A stretch of 64,000 bases of DNA from a virus (IMGVR_UViG_3300034520_000200:22066-86065), one strand, 5' to 3'; shown: positions 6,604 through 17,185, numbered from the stretch's first letter. The notes: generated by a model not told the origin, from the letters alone. A program made the numbers and translations.

Positions 6604-8508
6604 ATGCCTAAAAAAAAGATTCCTAAAACAAGAAGAATACTACCAGATTTAAGAATTGATACAAAAAAGTTTGTTGACGACCAACCAAAAATATTATCTT
6701 TAGATAATATTTTATTGGATTTGGGTGACTTATTTGTCGAAAATTCTTCTAGAAAAAAGAAAGGTAGAAAGAAAATTCCAAAATCAATCTGGGAGCATGA
6801 TCCAGTAGATATAGAAACTTTTGTATGTAATCCTGATTATTTAAACTTGGGCGATTTTGTTCGCCCTTGTGTTTTAGAAGACCTTAAAGAATTATTTGGA
6901 AGAGGTGATCATAGAAAAATAATCAGAAAATATAAAGAAGCTATATTTGATGAAGCTATTGGGACTGGGAAATCTTACAAGATGTCTATTATTGCAGTAT
7001 ATTTAACTTATTTATTACTCTGTTTAAGGAATCCACAAGCAACTTTCGGACTTTCACCAAGGTCTAAAATTGCTATTATGAATATGTCTGTTTCAGCAGA
7101 CCAAGCAAGAAGAGTTGTTTTTGGTGAAATTAAAAATAAAATTGACTGTTGTAAATGGTTTCAAGATTATTATCCACCAAATCCAAGAGTAAAATCAGAA
7201 CTTCAATTTGACGTTCCTCCAGATAATCCTAAAAAAGAAATTCCGGGAAAAATTTATAAGAATATTTACATTATCCCAGGTTCAAGTTCTGGTATGGCTC
7301 CATTGGGATATAACCTTTATGCAGTTATTATTGATGAAGCTACGCTTTGGAGAGATACTCAAAATAAGGATTATGTTGAAGATGTTTATAATATAGTTAC
7401 TCGTCGTATCACTTCGCGTTTTACAGATCCTGAAACAGGAGAAAATATGGGATTTGTAGCTCTTGCAGGATCTCCGATGTATTATGATGATTTTCTAGAA
7501 AGAAGAATAAGAACTGTTGAAAAAGAAAGAGCAGAAAATCCTGAAAAAGAAGATAGAATATTAATCAGACGTAGAAGTCAGTGGAGTGCTAAAATGCCAG
7601 ATTGGAAGGGACCTGTATTTTGGTTCCATATTGGCGATTCTAAAGTTTTTGAAACTGTAGAAAAACTTAATATATATAAGAAAAAAATTATTGATAAAGC
7701 TATTAAAAAAGGAGAAACTAATGTTAAAGCTGTAAGTGATCTTTTTGATAAGAATATTGTTGAAATACCTATGCCTTATTATGATGATTTTAAGAAGAAT
7801 CCAGAAGGTTCGAAGCGCGATCTCGGAGGCTGGCCAAGTGATAGTATTACACCTTTCTTTGAAAATCCTGAAATTATTGAAGAAAGATGTAACTATTCAA
7901 GAGTTAGTCCTTACGATGAAATTACAAGAGAATTTAAATCTTGGTTTGGACCGATTTCACATACTTGGCATGCTGTTCATATCGACTTAGCATTAACTGG
8001 AAATGCTTGTGGAATTGCATTAGGACACAATGAAGGCTTTAATGAAAATGGAAGTCCAATTCATTTTATAGATTGTATTGTAAGATTGCAAGGTTCTCCA
8101 GAAGAGCCAGTTCAGATAGAATATGTAAGACAATTGATTTATGAATGGACTAAGATGGGATTTATGATAGGTCTAGTTACTATGGATGGATTTCAAAGTG
8201 CAGACACAATGCAGTTACTTGCTAAGAAAGGTTATATAGCTGAATATCTTTCAGTTGATAAAGATACAAGAGCTTATAATGAATTAAAAACTGCTATTTA
8301 TGAAGACAGAGTGGATTATTATTATCATGATGTATTAATCGATGAATTAAAGAAAGTTGAAAGAGTGAGAAATAAAATAGACCATCCTAAAAATGGATCT
8401 AAAGACTGTGCTGATGCTGTTGCTGGAGTTGTTTTTGATTTAGTAAGAATATCACAATGGGAGGCTCCTGATGATGATTTTGAAGAAAATCAAGTTATTA
8501 CTGCATAA
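6604..8508 (+). CDS. terL: terminase large subunit
   Basis: Walker A GTGKS, Walker B IIDEA, nuclease HIDLA, DGFQS, KDCADAVAG. Confidence 0.92.
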   Translation: MPKKKIPKTRRILPDLRIDTKKFVDDQPKILSLDNILLDLGDLFVENSSRKKKGRKKIPKSIWEHDPVDIETFVCNPDYLNLGDFVRPCVLEDLKELFGRGDHRKIIRKYKEAIFDEAIGTGKSYKMSIIAVYLTYLLLCLRNPQATFGLSPRSKIAIMNMSVSADQARRVVFGEIKNKIDCCKWFQDYYPPNPRVKSELQFDVPPDNPKKEIPGKIYKNIYIIPGSSSGMAPLGYNLYAVIIDEATLWRDTQNKDYVEDVYNIVTRRITSRFTDPETGENMGFVALAGSPMYYDDFLERRIRTVEKERAENPEKEDRILIRRRSQWSAKMPDWKGPVFWFHIGDSKVFETVEKLNIYKKKIIDKAIKKGETNVKAVSDLFDKNIVEIPMPYYDDFKKNPEGSKRDLGGWPSDSITPFFENPEIIEERCNYSRVSPYDEITREFKSWFGPISHTWHAVHIDLALTGNACGIALGHNEGFNENGSPIHFIDCIVRLQGSPEEPVQIEYVRQLIYEWTKMGFMIGLVTMDGFQSADTMQLLAKKGYIAEYLSVDKDTRAYNELKTAIYEDRVDYYYHDVLIDELKKVERVRNKIDHPKNGSKDCADAVAGVVFDLVRISQWEAPDDDFEENQVITA

Positions 8509-8546
8509 TACTACAATGACATATTATATAATATAAATTAAAATGA

Positions 8547-10238
8547 TTGGAGGTGAAAAATTTGGCTCAAAAAGTAAAAAAAATTAAAAAGGTTACAAAT
8601 CCATCTGATGAAAGTTTATTAGATACTTTAATATTTTCTATTGATAGAGAAATAGCAGATACAAAACAAATTGAAGATGATTTTGTAGGAATGTATGAAC
8701 TTGAAAATGGTGTAGTAGAACCGCCTTATAATCCTATTCTTTGGGCATCATTGATGGAGAAAAATACAAGATTAAGTAAATTAATAAGAACTTATGCTCA
8801 AAATACAGTTGGAAGAGGTTATAAAATTAGTCCAATTGTACCATTTACTAAAGATACTACTGAGGAAGAAAAGAGAGAAATAAATAGACAAATTGAAATT
8901 GTAAATTCAGTATTTAAAAAACCTAATAAAAGAATGCCATTTAGTACAATAATGAAATTATGCAAGATTGATGAAGAGGCTACAGGAAATGGTTATTTAG
9001 AAGTCGCAAGAAATGAAGCAAATAAAATCAAAGGTTTATATCATGTACCAAGTCATACAGTTAGAGTTAGAAAAGGTGGTTTAGGATTTGTACAAATTAG
9101 AAACGGTAAAAAAGTTTATTTTAAACCTATAGGAGCAGATTTTGATATTGATATTGAAACTGGAGACAAATATCCTTTAAATTCACTTCCTTATAAAAGA
9201 CGTGCTAACGAAATGATTCAATTTTTAATTTATTCACCAAGAAGTTCATATTATGGAGTTCCAAGATATACTGGTACTGCGATAGCAATTGCTGGAAATC
9301 AATTAGCTGGAAGAAGGAATTTAGCATTCTTTAAAAATGATGCAACTCCAAGATTAGTTATTTCAGTATCAAATGGTCAATTAACTCCTGATTCTGTAGC
9401 AGAAATAAAGAGTTTTGTAGAAAGTTTAGGAAAAGGTGCAGAAAATGCACATCGAGTTATGGTAATTCAAGCAAAATCAAAGATGCTTGGACCTGATGCT
9501 CAAGCTAATACAAAAATTGAAGTTACTCCTTTAACTGTAGGAATAACTGATGATGGTTCTTTTCTTAAATATAGACAAGCTAATGATGAAGAGTTAAGAG
9601 AATCTTTTGGTATTGATAGTATATTCTTGGGCAGCGGATTGACTGCTAATAGAGCTACTGCACAAATAGCTAGAAATATTACTAATGAACAAGAATTTCT
9701 ACCAGATATTGAAGAAAAAGAATATATGATAAATTCTTATATTGTTGAAGCAATATTAGCTGATGAAGGTATTAAACCTGAAGATATTAAAATCAAATTT
9801 GAATTTATAAGACCAAAATCTACAGATGACGTTCAGGATGCGGAAATATTTGTAAGATACTTACAAGGTGGAGGAATAACACCGAACGATATAAGACACA
9901 AACTTGGACTTCCAGAATTTAAAGAAAAATGGGCTGATAAACCGATACAAATTGCTTTAATTGAATATCAAATGGGTCTTTATGGAGTTGGTCAAAACAC
10001 TGAAAGTGCTGGTGAAGACCCGCAAAATCAAGCTAGAAATGAAGATACTACAAATGAGGGATCAAAATTACCAGAAATAGATGATAATAGTACAAAAGAT
10101 GAAAAAAGTAAATTAATTAAAATGATTACTAAAGAAGTTATGAAGCAAATAAATGTACAAAATTTTATAAATAAAATATATTCAACGACAAATATAGATG
10201 CTTTTAACACAGTTTTAGAAAAGGAGAATATATCATAA
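8547..10238 (+). CDS. portal protein (PBSX-like)
   Basis: EPPYNP, TGNGYLEV, YYGVP, FFKNDATP, ITPNDIRHKLGLP; follows TerL. Confidence 0.92.
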   Translation: MEVKNLAQKVKKIKKVTNPSDESLLDTLIFSIDREIADTKQIEDDFVGMYELENGVVEPPYNPILWASLMEKNTRLSKLIRTYAQNTVGRGYKISPIVPFTKDTTEEEKREINRQIEIVNSVFKKPNKRMPFSTIMKLCKIDEEATGNGYLEVARNEANKIKGLYHVPSHTVRVRKGGLGFVQIRNGKKVYFKPIGADFDIDIETGDKYPLNSLPYKRRANEMIQFLIYSPRSSYYGVPRYTGTAIAIAGNQLAGRRNLAFFKNDATPRLVISVSNGQLTPDSVAEIKSFVESLGKGAENAHRVMVIQAKSKMLGPDAQANTKIEVTPLTVGITDDGSFLKYRQANDEELRESFGIDSIFLGSGLTANRATAQIARNITNEQEFLPDIEEKEYMINSYIVEAILADEGIKPEDIKIKFEFIRPKSTDDVQDAEIFVRYLQGGGITPNDIRHKLGLPEFKEKWADKPIQIALIEYQMGLYGVGQNTESAGEDPQNQARNEDTTNEGSKLPEIDDNSTKDEKSKLIKMITKEVMKQINVQNFINKIYSTTNIDAFNTVLEKENIS

Positions 10239-10258
10239 TTAAAAAGGAGGGATATTAA

Positions 10259-10522
10259 ATGTTACCTAATTTAATTCCGATTACACAAGATATTTCTACT
10301 ACTGCAACATCTATTGAAGTTGATTATCACAATTGTTATGTAAGAAATATTGGTGATTCAGACCTTTATTTTTTAGTTGACAATCCGCAACCTGTTACAA
10401 GTACGAATGGAATTTATCTAAAATCAAAGACAGATTTTCCTTTGCTGCTTTCAATTGGAACTTTACAAGCTATAGCTGCAACTGGTACTACAAAAATACA
10501 AATTATTAAACATAGTTTATGA
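10259..10522 (+). CDS. hypothetical head-region protein
   Basis: ORF track; strong SD. Confidence 0.7.
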   Translation: MLPNLIPITQDISTTATSIEVDYHNCYVRNIGDSDLYFLVDNPQPVTSTNGIYLKSKTDFPLLLSIGTLQAIAATGTTKIQIIKHSL

Positions 10523-10585
10523 TAATCAAATGCAAAACTTTCCTAATAAATTGAGAAGTAATTTAGAATACAAGAAGGTGTTTTT

Positions 10586-12187
10586 ATGCCTTTCGGATTT
10601 AACTGTGAATATTCAGATTTTGAAGAATGTGTAAGAGCTAACAGTGACAAAGATGATCCTGAAGCATATTGTGGATGGTTAAAAAATGAGACTGAAGATA
10701 AATGTAATGAAAAATGCAAATTGCGGACAACTAATAAGGAGGTTAAAGAGATGCCACAAGCAACTACTGAGATAATAAAAAGATTTGAATTTCCATTACA
10801 AGTTATGAAAGCTTACAAAAAAGAAAAAGATGGAACTACAAAATATTATGTTGAAGCCATTGCATCAGATACTGGAATAGATTATTACATGGAGCGTATG
10901 TCTGAAAATGCAATAAAAAAGATGGTTGAACAAGTAAAAAAAGGAGTTATTATTTTACCAACACATTGGGATACATTTGAAATTGGAAAAACTGTTGATG
11001 GAGAAGCAATTGAAGGAAATCCGTTTATAGAAAATAGTAAAGATGCTGCAGCTGATACAGGAACTGATAAGTTAATTGCTTTAAAAGTTACTATTGAATT
11101 AGATGATAAATATCCAGAAGCTATGTCATTATATGATGAAGTTGAAAAAGGAAGTCCTACAAAACAATTAAGTGTTGGAGGTTGGTTAAATCCAGATAAC
11201 GAGGATGCTGCATATTGGGAAAAAGTCGAAGCAACTATTACACTTCCTAATGGAAGTCAAACAACTGAAACTTATTGGATTTTTGTTTTAGACGATCTTA
11301 TTCTTGACCATATTGCTATAACAAGGGCTGGTCATGCTGCTAATGAAAGGACTGGATTTTTATCTGCTATTTCTAAATCATTACAATGTGATTTAAACAA
11401 TAAATTTGAAGTTATAAGAACTAATTTTGATAGTATTAAAAATTTCAATAAATATAAAACTAAAGCTAAAATGTTTGTTGAAAAACCCATCGAAAAAAGT
11501 AAAAATGGAGGTGAAAAAAATAAAATTGAATTTGGTACTATAACTGAATTTAGTACTACAACTGTTGAGTTACTTAAAAAAGATCTTGTAGATGCATTAA
11601 GGTCAGCACTTATTTCAAAGTCTCAAGATAAGGAGGGTAATATAATGCCTAATGAGGAGGTAAAAAAGACAAATACAGAAGAAACTAAAACTGATTCTGC
11701 TTCTGTAGAAAAAGCTACACAAGAAGTTAGCACAGTTGCTGTTGATGATGAAGTAAAAGATACATCTAAAGAAAAATCTAAAGCAGATGAAACAACAAAA
11801 CCAAATGAAGAAGTATCTAAATCGAAAGAAGAAATAAAAACAGATAAAACTGAAGAAGTTTCAAAATCAACAGATAAAAAAGAAGATGTTGTTGCAAAAC
11901 AAGAACTTGATATTCAATCTTTAATTGAAAAATCAATACAAAATGTAGTTAATAATACTATAAAATCTATTATTGAAGAAACTTTAAAAACTCAAATTAC
12001 TCCTTTAGCTGAAAAAGTTAAATCAATCGAAAATAATATAGCTGGAAGTAAATCAATTGAAGGACAAGATGAATTAGTAAAATCTACTAATGAATCTTCA
12101 AATATTTGGGCAGGATCTATATTTAATAAGAGTATTGTTGATATTGTTTTAGCAAAAAAAGCTGAAATGCAAAGTAAACAAGAATAA
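10586..12187 (+). CDS. prohead protease fused to scaffold (internal SD+ATG at 10751 and 11645)
   Basis: IASDTGIDYYMERMS, H-W-D, LSVGG, LDHIAIT...AN protease motifs; charged low-complexity C-terminal half. Confidence 0.8.
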   Translation: MPFGFNCEYSDFEECVRANSDKDDPEAYCGWLKNETEDKCNEKCKLRTTNKEVKEMPQATTEIIKRFEFPLQVMKAYKKEKDGTTKYYVEAIASDTGIDYYMERMSENAIKKMVEQVKKGVIILPTHWDTFEIGKTVDGEAIEGNPFIENSKDAAADTGTDKLIALKVTIELDDKYPEAMSLYDEVEKGSPTKQLSVGGWLNPDNEDAAYWEKVEATITLPNGSQTTETYWIFVLDDLILDHIAITRAGHAANERTGFLSAISKSLQCDLNNKFEVIRTNFDSIKNFNKYKTKAKMFVEKPIEKSKNGGEKNKIEFGTITEFSTTTVELLKKDLVDALRSALISKSQDKEGNIMPNEEVKKTNTEETKTDSASVEKATQEVSTVAVDDEVKDTSKEKSKADETTKPNEEVSKSKEEIKTDKTEEVSKSTDKKEDVVAKQELDIQSLIEKSIQNVVNNTIKSIIEETLKTQITPLAEKVKSIENNIAGSKSIEGQDELVKSTNESSNIWAGSIFNKSIVDIVLAKKAEMQSKQE

Positions 12188-12220
12188 ATATAATTAATAA
12201 TTAATAAGGAGGAATTAAAT

Positions 12221-13522
12221 ATGCCTACTAATACTCAAGAAATGATAATAAAAACAATTGAGTCGTCATCTTTATTAACTGGTGGTCAACTTAATCCAAC
12301 TCAACAGAGAGAATTCTTCAGACTTATTAGAACTTTACCTGGTATGTTCAGTATCGCAAGATTCGAAACTGTCGATCAAAAGAAACATCACATTGACAGA
12401 TTACACATTGGTGAACCCATAACTCATGCAGTGGAAGAAAACTCTAATGAAGCTCATCTAGCTACTGCAAAAACAAGCCAGATTGAAATTTACACAAAGA
12501 AACTGAAATCTAGCTGGAATATTACTACAGAAACTTTAACTGAAAACATTGAAAAAGGTAACTTCGAACAGACTATAATGGAAGGTATGACTCAGAGAAT
12601 CGGTACTGACTTAGAGTTATTAGCTATTCAAGGAAATACTGTAAAATATGCTGCTGATAATACTCCATTAGGTTTACTTTTGAGAAGAGATGATGGATGG
12701 GATGTTTTGACTGAAGGTGCCCATATCGTTGATTGTGGTGGCGCTACAATCCAGAGAAGTATATTTGCAGAAATGATTAGAAGAATGCCTCAACAGTATC
12801 TTGCTGATCCTGGATTGCGTTGGATTGTTTCTAGAACAACTTATGTTGATTGGTTAGATCTTATTGCTGATCGTGGAACTGCACAAGGTGATAGAGCATT
12901 AGAAGGAAATGCTCCGGCTCCTTATGGTATTCCTATGGAACCTATACCTTTAATTCCGTCTGACAAAGAACTTAATGTTCCAACCGCAACTCCTGCAATT
13001 GTAGTTGGAACTCGTGCTGATGGATTCAGGATATTGACTGGTGTAAATGATAAATTATCTATTGCTGTAAATGGTGGTTCTGCAGTAACTATAACATTAC
13101 CACAAGGTACTTGGTTTGCTTCTCAAGTTGCTAACTTCATTAATACTGCTGATGCTTCTCTTACTGGACTTGCTTCTGATGATGGTTTTGGAAGACTTAT
13201 TCTTAAAACTTCTACAACTGGATCGACTGCATCAATTACAATTGGAGCTATTGCAAATAATGCTTATGCTGAATTGGGTCTTAGTGAAGGAACAATTACT
13301 GGTAAAGATTCTGGAACTGGTACTGTAAATGAAGGAACTTTTATTTGGCTTGCTAATCCGAAGAATTTCATTTATGTTTTCTTGAATGGTACTAGAGTTT
13401 ATTCTGAATTTAATAAAGATTATGATCGCCTTGAAACTGTTGTTTATAATGAAATGGATGTTCAGGTAGAAAATCTTGATGCCATCGTCAAAGCTGTTAA
13501 TATTCGCCGCAGAGAGATATAA
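12221..13522 (+). CDS. major capsid protein (HK97 fold) with inserted beta-rich domain
   Basis: GGQLNPTQQREF, ENIEKGNFEQTI...DLELLAIQG, NPKNF motifs; position after protease. Confidence 0.88.
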   Translation: MPTNTQEMIIKTIESSSLLTGGQLNPTQQREFFRLIRTLPGMFSIARFETVDQKKHHIDRLHIGEPITHAVEENSNEAHLATAKTSQIEIYTKKLKSSWNITTETLTENIEKGNFEQTIMEGMTQRIGTDLELLAIQGNTVKYAADNTPLGLLLRRDDGWDVLTEGAHIVDCGGATIQRSIFAEMIRRMPQQYLADPGLRWIVSRTTYVDWLDLIADRGTAQGDRALEGNAPAPYGIPMEPIPLIPSDKELNVPTATPAIVVGTRADGFRILTGVNDKLSIAVNGGSAVTITLPQGTWFASQVANFINTADASLTGLASDDGFGRLILKTSTTGSTASITIGAIANNAYAELGLSEGTITGKDSGTGTVNEGTFIWLANPKNFIYVFLNGTRVYSEFNKDYDRLETVVYNEMDVQVENLDAIVKAVNIRRREI

Positions 13523-13536
13523 TGGAGGTGGCATAA

Positions 13537-13764
13537 TTGGCAAACGAAGTATATATTCCTAAAAATTTCGGTGAAGGCGGATCACATGTTTTAACTTCTA
13601 AAAATAAAGAACTACTTGAAGCCATTGCAGACGATATTAATTCTTTGAAAGTTGCTGTTGATAATTTAATAACTAAATTTAATGCTCATTTAGCAGCAAC
13701 TCATCCTGATTCAACAAATACTATATCACCAACAACTGTTACAACTAAAATAAGAAAATCTTAA
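13537..13764 (+). CDS. small head-associated protein
   Basis: ORF track; SD GGAGG; position after capsid. Confidence 0.65.
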   Translation: MANEVYIPKNFGEGGSHVLTSKNKELLEAIADDINSLKVAVDNLITKFNAHLAATHPDSTNTISPTTVTTKIRKS

Positions 13765-13787
13765 TATTAATAGGGAGGTTATTATAA

Positions 13788-14387
13788 GTGAACGTGGGCA
13801 CTTTTTTTAGCCTCCGAAATGCTATAAGTCTTTCAACGAGAGGACGCTCTGGTATTTTATATTATTTTTCAAAAGGTAAACCAGTTGCTGTTGTTCGCGA
13901 AGAAGACATTGAGTTATTTCGGAGTAAAAGTGAATTGTTTGAATGTGATATATTTGGAAATCCTATACAGACGACTGCAGCATCTAACAAACCTATATCA
14001 TTTGTAAAAATAAATCCTAGAGATAATTTTGTTCCAAATTCAATTCCTAAACTATTTAATGATGATAAACCTGAAGAAACAATAAAAGATGCACTAAATC
14101 CGAAATTATATGATTATGATAATGATCCAGATGTTAAGAAAAGACTTGAGCAGATAAAAAATGGTGAATTAACAGAAGCTCAAAAATTAGCTATGGGAAT
14201 TGAAGTTGATGATGAAGAAGATGGAATTAAAAAGAAAAATGAAGTAAAAACTAAACCAATTAAAAAGAGTAAAATACCTGTATCAACTAAAAATGGAAAA
14301 TTTAAATGTGAAAAATGTGGTAAAAAATTTGCAAAAGAAGAAGAACTTAATGATCATATGGAAATTCATGATTTAGAAGACGATTGA
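13788..14387 (+). CDS. hypothetical protein with C-terminal classical C2H2 zinc finger
   Basis: FKCEKCGKKFAKEEELNDHMEIH. Confidence 0.75.
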   Translation: MNVGTFFSLRNAISLSTRGRSGILYYFSKGKPVAVVREEDIELFRSKSELFECDIFGNPIQTTAASNKPISFVKINPRDNFVPNSIPKLFNDDKPEETIKDALNPKLYDYDNDPDVKKRLEQIKNGELTEAQKLAMGIEVDDEEDGIKKKNEVKTKPIKKSKIPVSTKNGKFKCEKCGKKFAKEEELNDHMEIHDLEDD

Positions 14388-14404
14388 ATAACACTCGTTA
14401 TGGG

Positions 14405-14433
14405 GGTGGGGACAGTCTCAGTCCCCACCTTTT
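14405..14433 (+). terminator. intrinsic terminator after head genes
   Basis: ggtggggac-7 nt-gtccccacc followed by T run. Confidence 0.75.
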
Positions 14434-14454
14434 GAGTATAGATAGGGTGGTGAT

Positions 14455-15297
14455 TTGATGCGATACACTACTGTTCAAACACTTTTAGCTAATGGATTTA
14501 AACGAACTACTGATAGCAAAAAAATAATTGAAATAATTCAGAATTATTCAAATTTTATAAATTCAATTACTGGTCAATATTTTTATCCAAAACAAAAAAT
14601 TATAAGTAATATTGTTTTAGATGAATGGAGTAGAATTATTGTAGCTCCTGATAAAATTCCAATTGTAAAAATTAATAATATAATATATAAGATCGATAAT
14701 AGTGATATACAATATATATTGTCTCCTAATGAATATATTCAATATGAAAGATATATCGAATTAGAACATTTATTTCAAATACATGATATAGAAACTGAAA
14801 TTTTAATAGCTTTAGGCAGCAGCTATCCAAGATTTAGATTTACTTTAGATGGAATATTTGGTTGGATTAACAAAAAAGATATTCCGTTTGAAACTATAAT
14901 TATAGAAGATTTTGATAGTAGTAAATCTTCATTAAAATTAGAATCAGTAGACGATATAAGTCCTAAAGATTTTCTAACAATAGATAAATATACTTTTTTG
15001 GTCGATACAGTAGATTATATAAACAAGGTTGTGACTTTCGACCCTGTAATAGTTTCTAAAACTGTCCCTAGTGGTACAAAAGCTGTATCCTATGGTAGTA
15101 TTATACCTGATATCGAATACTGTGCTATACAGCTTTGTAAAGCTTCTGCAAAACTTGAAAATAATTATGGCGGAAGAATTTTATATGAAAAGACTGATAG
15201 ATATGCTGTAAAAACAACACTTTCAATATCTGGAATTAGTAATGTAGACATGATATTATCTAATTATCAACCACCTTTATATGTTGGATTTGTATAA
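14455..15297 (+). CDS. head-tail adaptor-like protein
   Basis: Position; YTT...I...S..I...TGQYF N-terminus and IPDIEYCAIQL...EKTDRY C-terminus. Confidence 0.6.
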   Translation: MMRYTTVQTLLANGFKRTTDSKKIIEIIQNYSNFINSITGQYFYPKQKIISNIVLDEWSRIIVAPDKIPIVKINNIIYKIDNSDIQYILSPNEYIQYERYIELEHLFQIHDIETEILIALGSSYPRFRFTLDGIFGWINKKDIPFETIIIEDFDSSKSSLKLESVDDISPKDFLTIDKYTFLVDTVDYINKVVTFDPVIVSKTVPSGTKAVSYGSIIPDIEYCAIQLCKASAKLENNYGGRILYEKTDRYAVKTTLSISGISNVDMILSNYQPPLYVGFV

Positions 15298-15303
15298 TAG
15301 GAG

Positions 15304-15729
15304 GTGAATATTATGCCTCTTAATATGAATTCAGTTCCAGTCGAAATAAAACAATATGATAATGAAAATACTGTAACTTCTAAATATTTTAAAGAACCCG
15401 TTCAAGCAGGAACAAAAGTATATAAAAATACAATACAAATTGAAGCACAAGTTAATACAGCAGCTATAAACAGAAGATTATATTTAGGAATTGGTGACGA
15501 CCAAGGTATTGCAGGATATTTAGTTGCATTGAAAGATGAACTAGATGATTTAAATGTACAATTAAAACCTGGAGACATAATTACAAAAATCGGAAATACA
15601 GATGTAGATTATAGAATTGTATCAGTTAATGAAGATTCAAAAATGTTAAGTCTTTATGATTTTGCTACACCATTATTCGTATTAATAGCTTTTGTTAACA
15701 ACAAACCAAAAGTCGGTGGTGTATTATAA
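15304..15729 (+). CDS. head closure-like protein
   Basis: Position; LKPGDII...YRIVSV beta pattern. Confidence 0.55.
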   Translation: MNIMPLNMNSVPVEIKQYDNENTVTSKYFKEPVQAGTKVYKNTIQIEAQVNTAAINRRLYLGIGDDQGIAGYLVALKDELDDLNVQLKPGDIITKIGNTDVDYRIVSVNEDSKMLSLYDFATPLFVLIAFVNNKPKVGGVL

Positions 15730-17166
15730 ATGCCTAGGGTTAATTGGAGATCATCACAGGTTAGTTATAGAACTGGAGCAAATGCTAAAGCAAGTAAAAT
15801 TCCGACTAAATTGGGTAAAAATTTAAATTATGGTGATTTTGCACAGCCAAAAGATTTTGGAGTTCAGCTTTTTGGTGATTGGGAAGAATTCAGAGATTGG
15901 CTTGGAATAGGTTATTATGATTATAAAGGTATGATAAAAACATATGATGTGTTACAATTTGAAGATAGAATTGAAGCTGCTCTGAACGAAGCTGCTAAAA
16001 AATCTGTAAAATTATTAGTTAGTGAAATTAAAAAAGGATTAAAAGACGGAGGATATGGGGATAAAAAATTTAAACCTTTAAGTTCAGCTACAATTCAACT
16101 TCGTAAAACTAAAGCAGGCGAAAGAGGAGAAAAAGCAAAAACTTGGGTTGGTGCTACAGCAGTAGGATATATAAAAGGAAGAAAACCCTTGTTAAGAACT
16201 GGTGATTTATATAGATCTATTTCTGGACAAGTTTTAGAAAAAGGATCATTCTTTGTTGGAATTCCAAATGGAATTAAAAATAGAGAAGGACAACCATTAA
16301 CAATGATTGGTTATGTTATGGAAAGAGGAATGGTTTTAAGAGTTACTTCAAAAATAGCTGCTTGGTTTGCATCTCAAGGAGTTCCATTAAAAGATACAAC
16401 TACACATATTTTTATTCCAGCAAGACCATTTTTACAACCAGTCTTAAAATCAAATAGAGCAAAAATTTACAAAATATATCGTGATGAAATTAATAAATTT
16501 TTATTTACAGTCAAAGGATTTTCACAAAAACAAATTAAATATTTCTTAAGACGTAGAGGAATGAAATATAAAGAATCTGCTGAACAAGAATCTAGAGGAA
16601 CTGTTGCAGCAGCTAAAAGAACTACTACAACGAAAACTCGCACTAGTGTAACTGATAAAGTAAAAAATGTAATTAAAACTCAAGAACATAAAGAACCACT
16701 TAAAACTCAGCTTTTTGTAGGTACAAAGCCTGACCCTACACAATTTACTCCAGTAAAAAATCCAAGACCCGGGAGAACATTGCCTAAAGGTGGATTTTGG
16801 ACGTCAACATTTACTGGTAAAGAAACAATGTCTGACTATGTAAGATATATGAAACGTGAAGCTTTAAGATTTAAAGCTGGTTCTAAAGCATATTTATTAG
16901 AACCTGACCCTAATGCAAAAATATTTAGGGTTAATAATTATGAAGATTTTATGAATATGGTTTCAAAATATGGAATTGGTAAAAATGATGAATTTACAAT
17001 AGACTTTGAAAGAATGTCAAAAGACTATGATGCAGTTCACATATCTAGAAGTGGATTAAAAGCAGTTACTGACTTCAGTAAAGATATGGGTCTTTTTGAC
17101 TGGACAAGCGAAAGTACTTTATGGTTTAGATTTGATAAATTAAAGCCGTATAAAAAACAAGAATAA
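15730..17166 (+). CDS. virion morphogenesis/neck protein (Mu gpG-like) with extra C-terminal domain
   Basis: FKPLSSATI..RK, KPLLRTGDLYRSI, IPARPFL motifs; additional ~155-aa domain after a Thr/Lys linker. Confidence 0.75.
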   Translation: MPRVNWRSSQVSYRTGANAKASKIPTKLGKNLNYGDFAQPKDFGVQLFGDWEEFRDWLGIGYYDYKGMIKTYDVLQFEDRIEAALNEAAKKSVKLLVSEIKKGLKDGGYGDKKFKPLSSATIQLRKTKAGERGEKAKTWVGATAVGYIKGRKPLLRTGDLYRSISGQVLEKGSFFVGIPNGIKNREGQPLTMIGYVMERGMVLRVTSKIAAWFASQGVPLKDTTTHIFIPARPFLQPVLKSNRAKIYKIYRDEINKFLFTVKGFSQKQIKYFLRRRGMKYKESAEQESRGTVAAAKRTTTTKTRTSVTDKVKNVIKTQEHKEPLKTQLFVGTKPDPTQFTPVKNPRPGRTLPKGGFWTSTFTGKETMSDYVRYMKREALRFKAGSKAYLLEPDPNAKIFRVNNYEDFMNMVSKYGIGKNDEFTIDFERMSKDYDAVHISRSGLKAVTDFSKDMGLFDWTSESTLWFRFDKLKPYKKQE

Positions 17167-17185
17167 TTATACGGAGCTGATTTTT

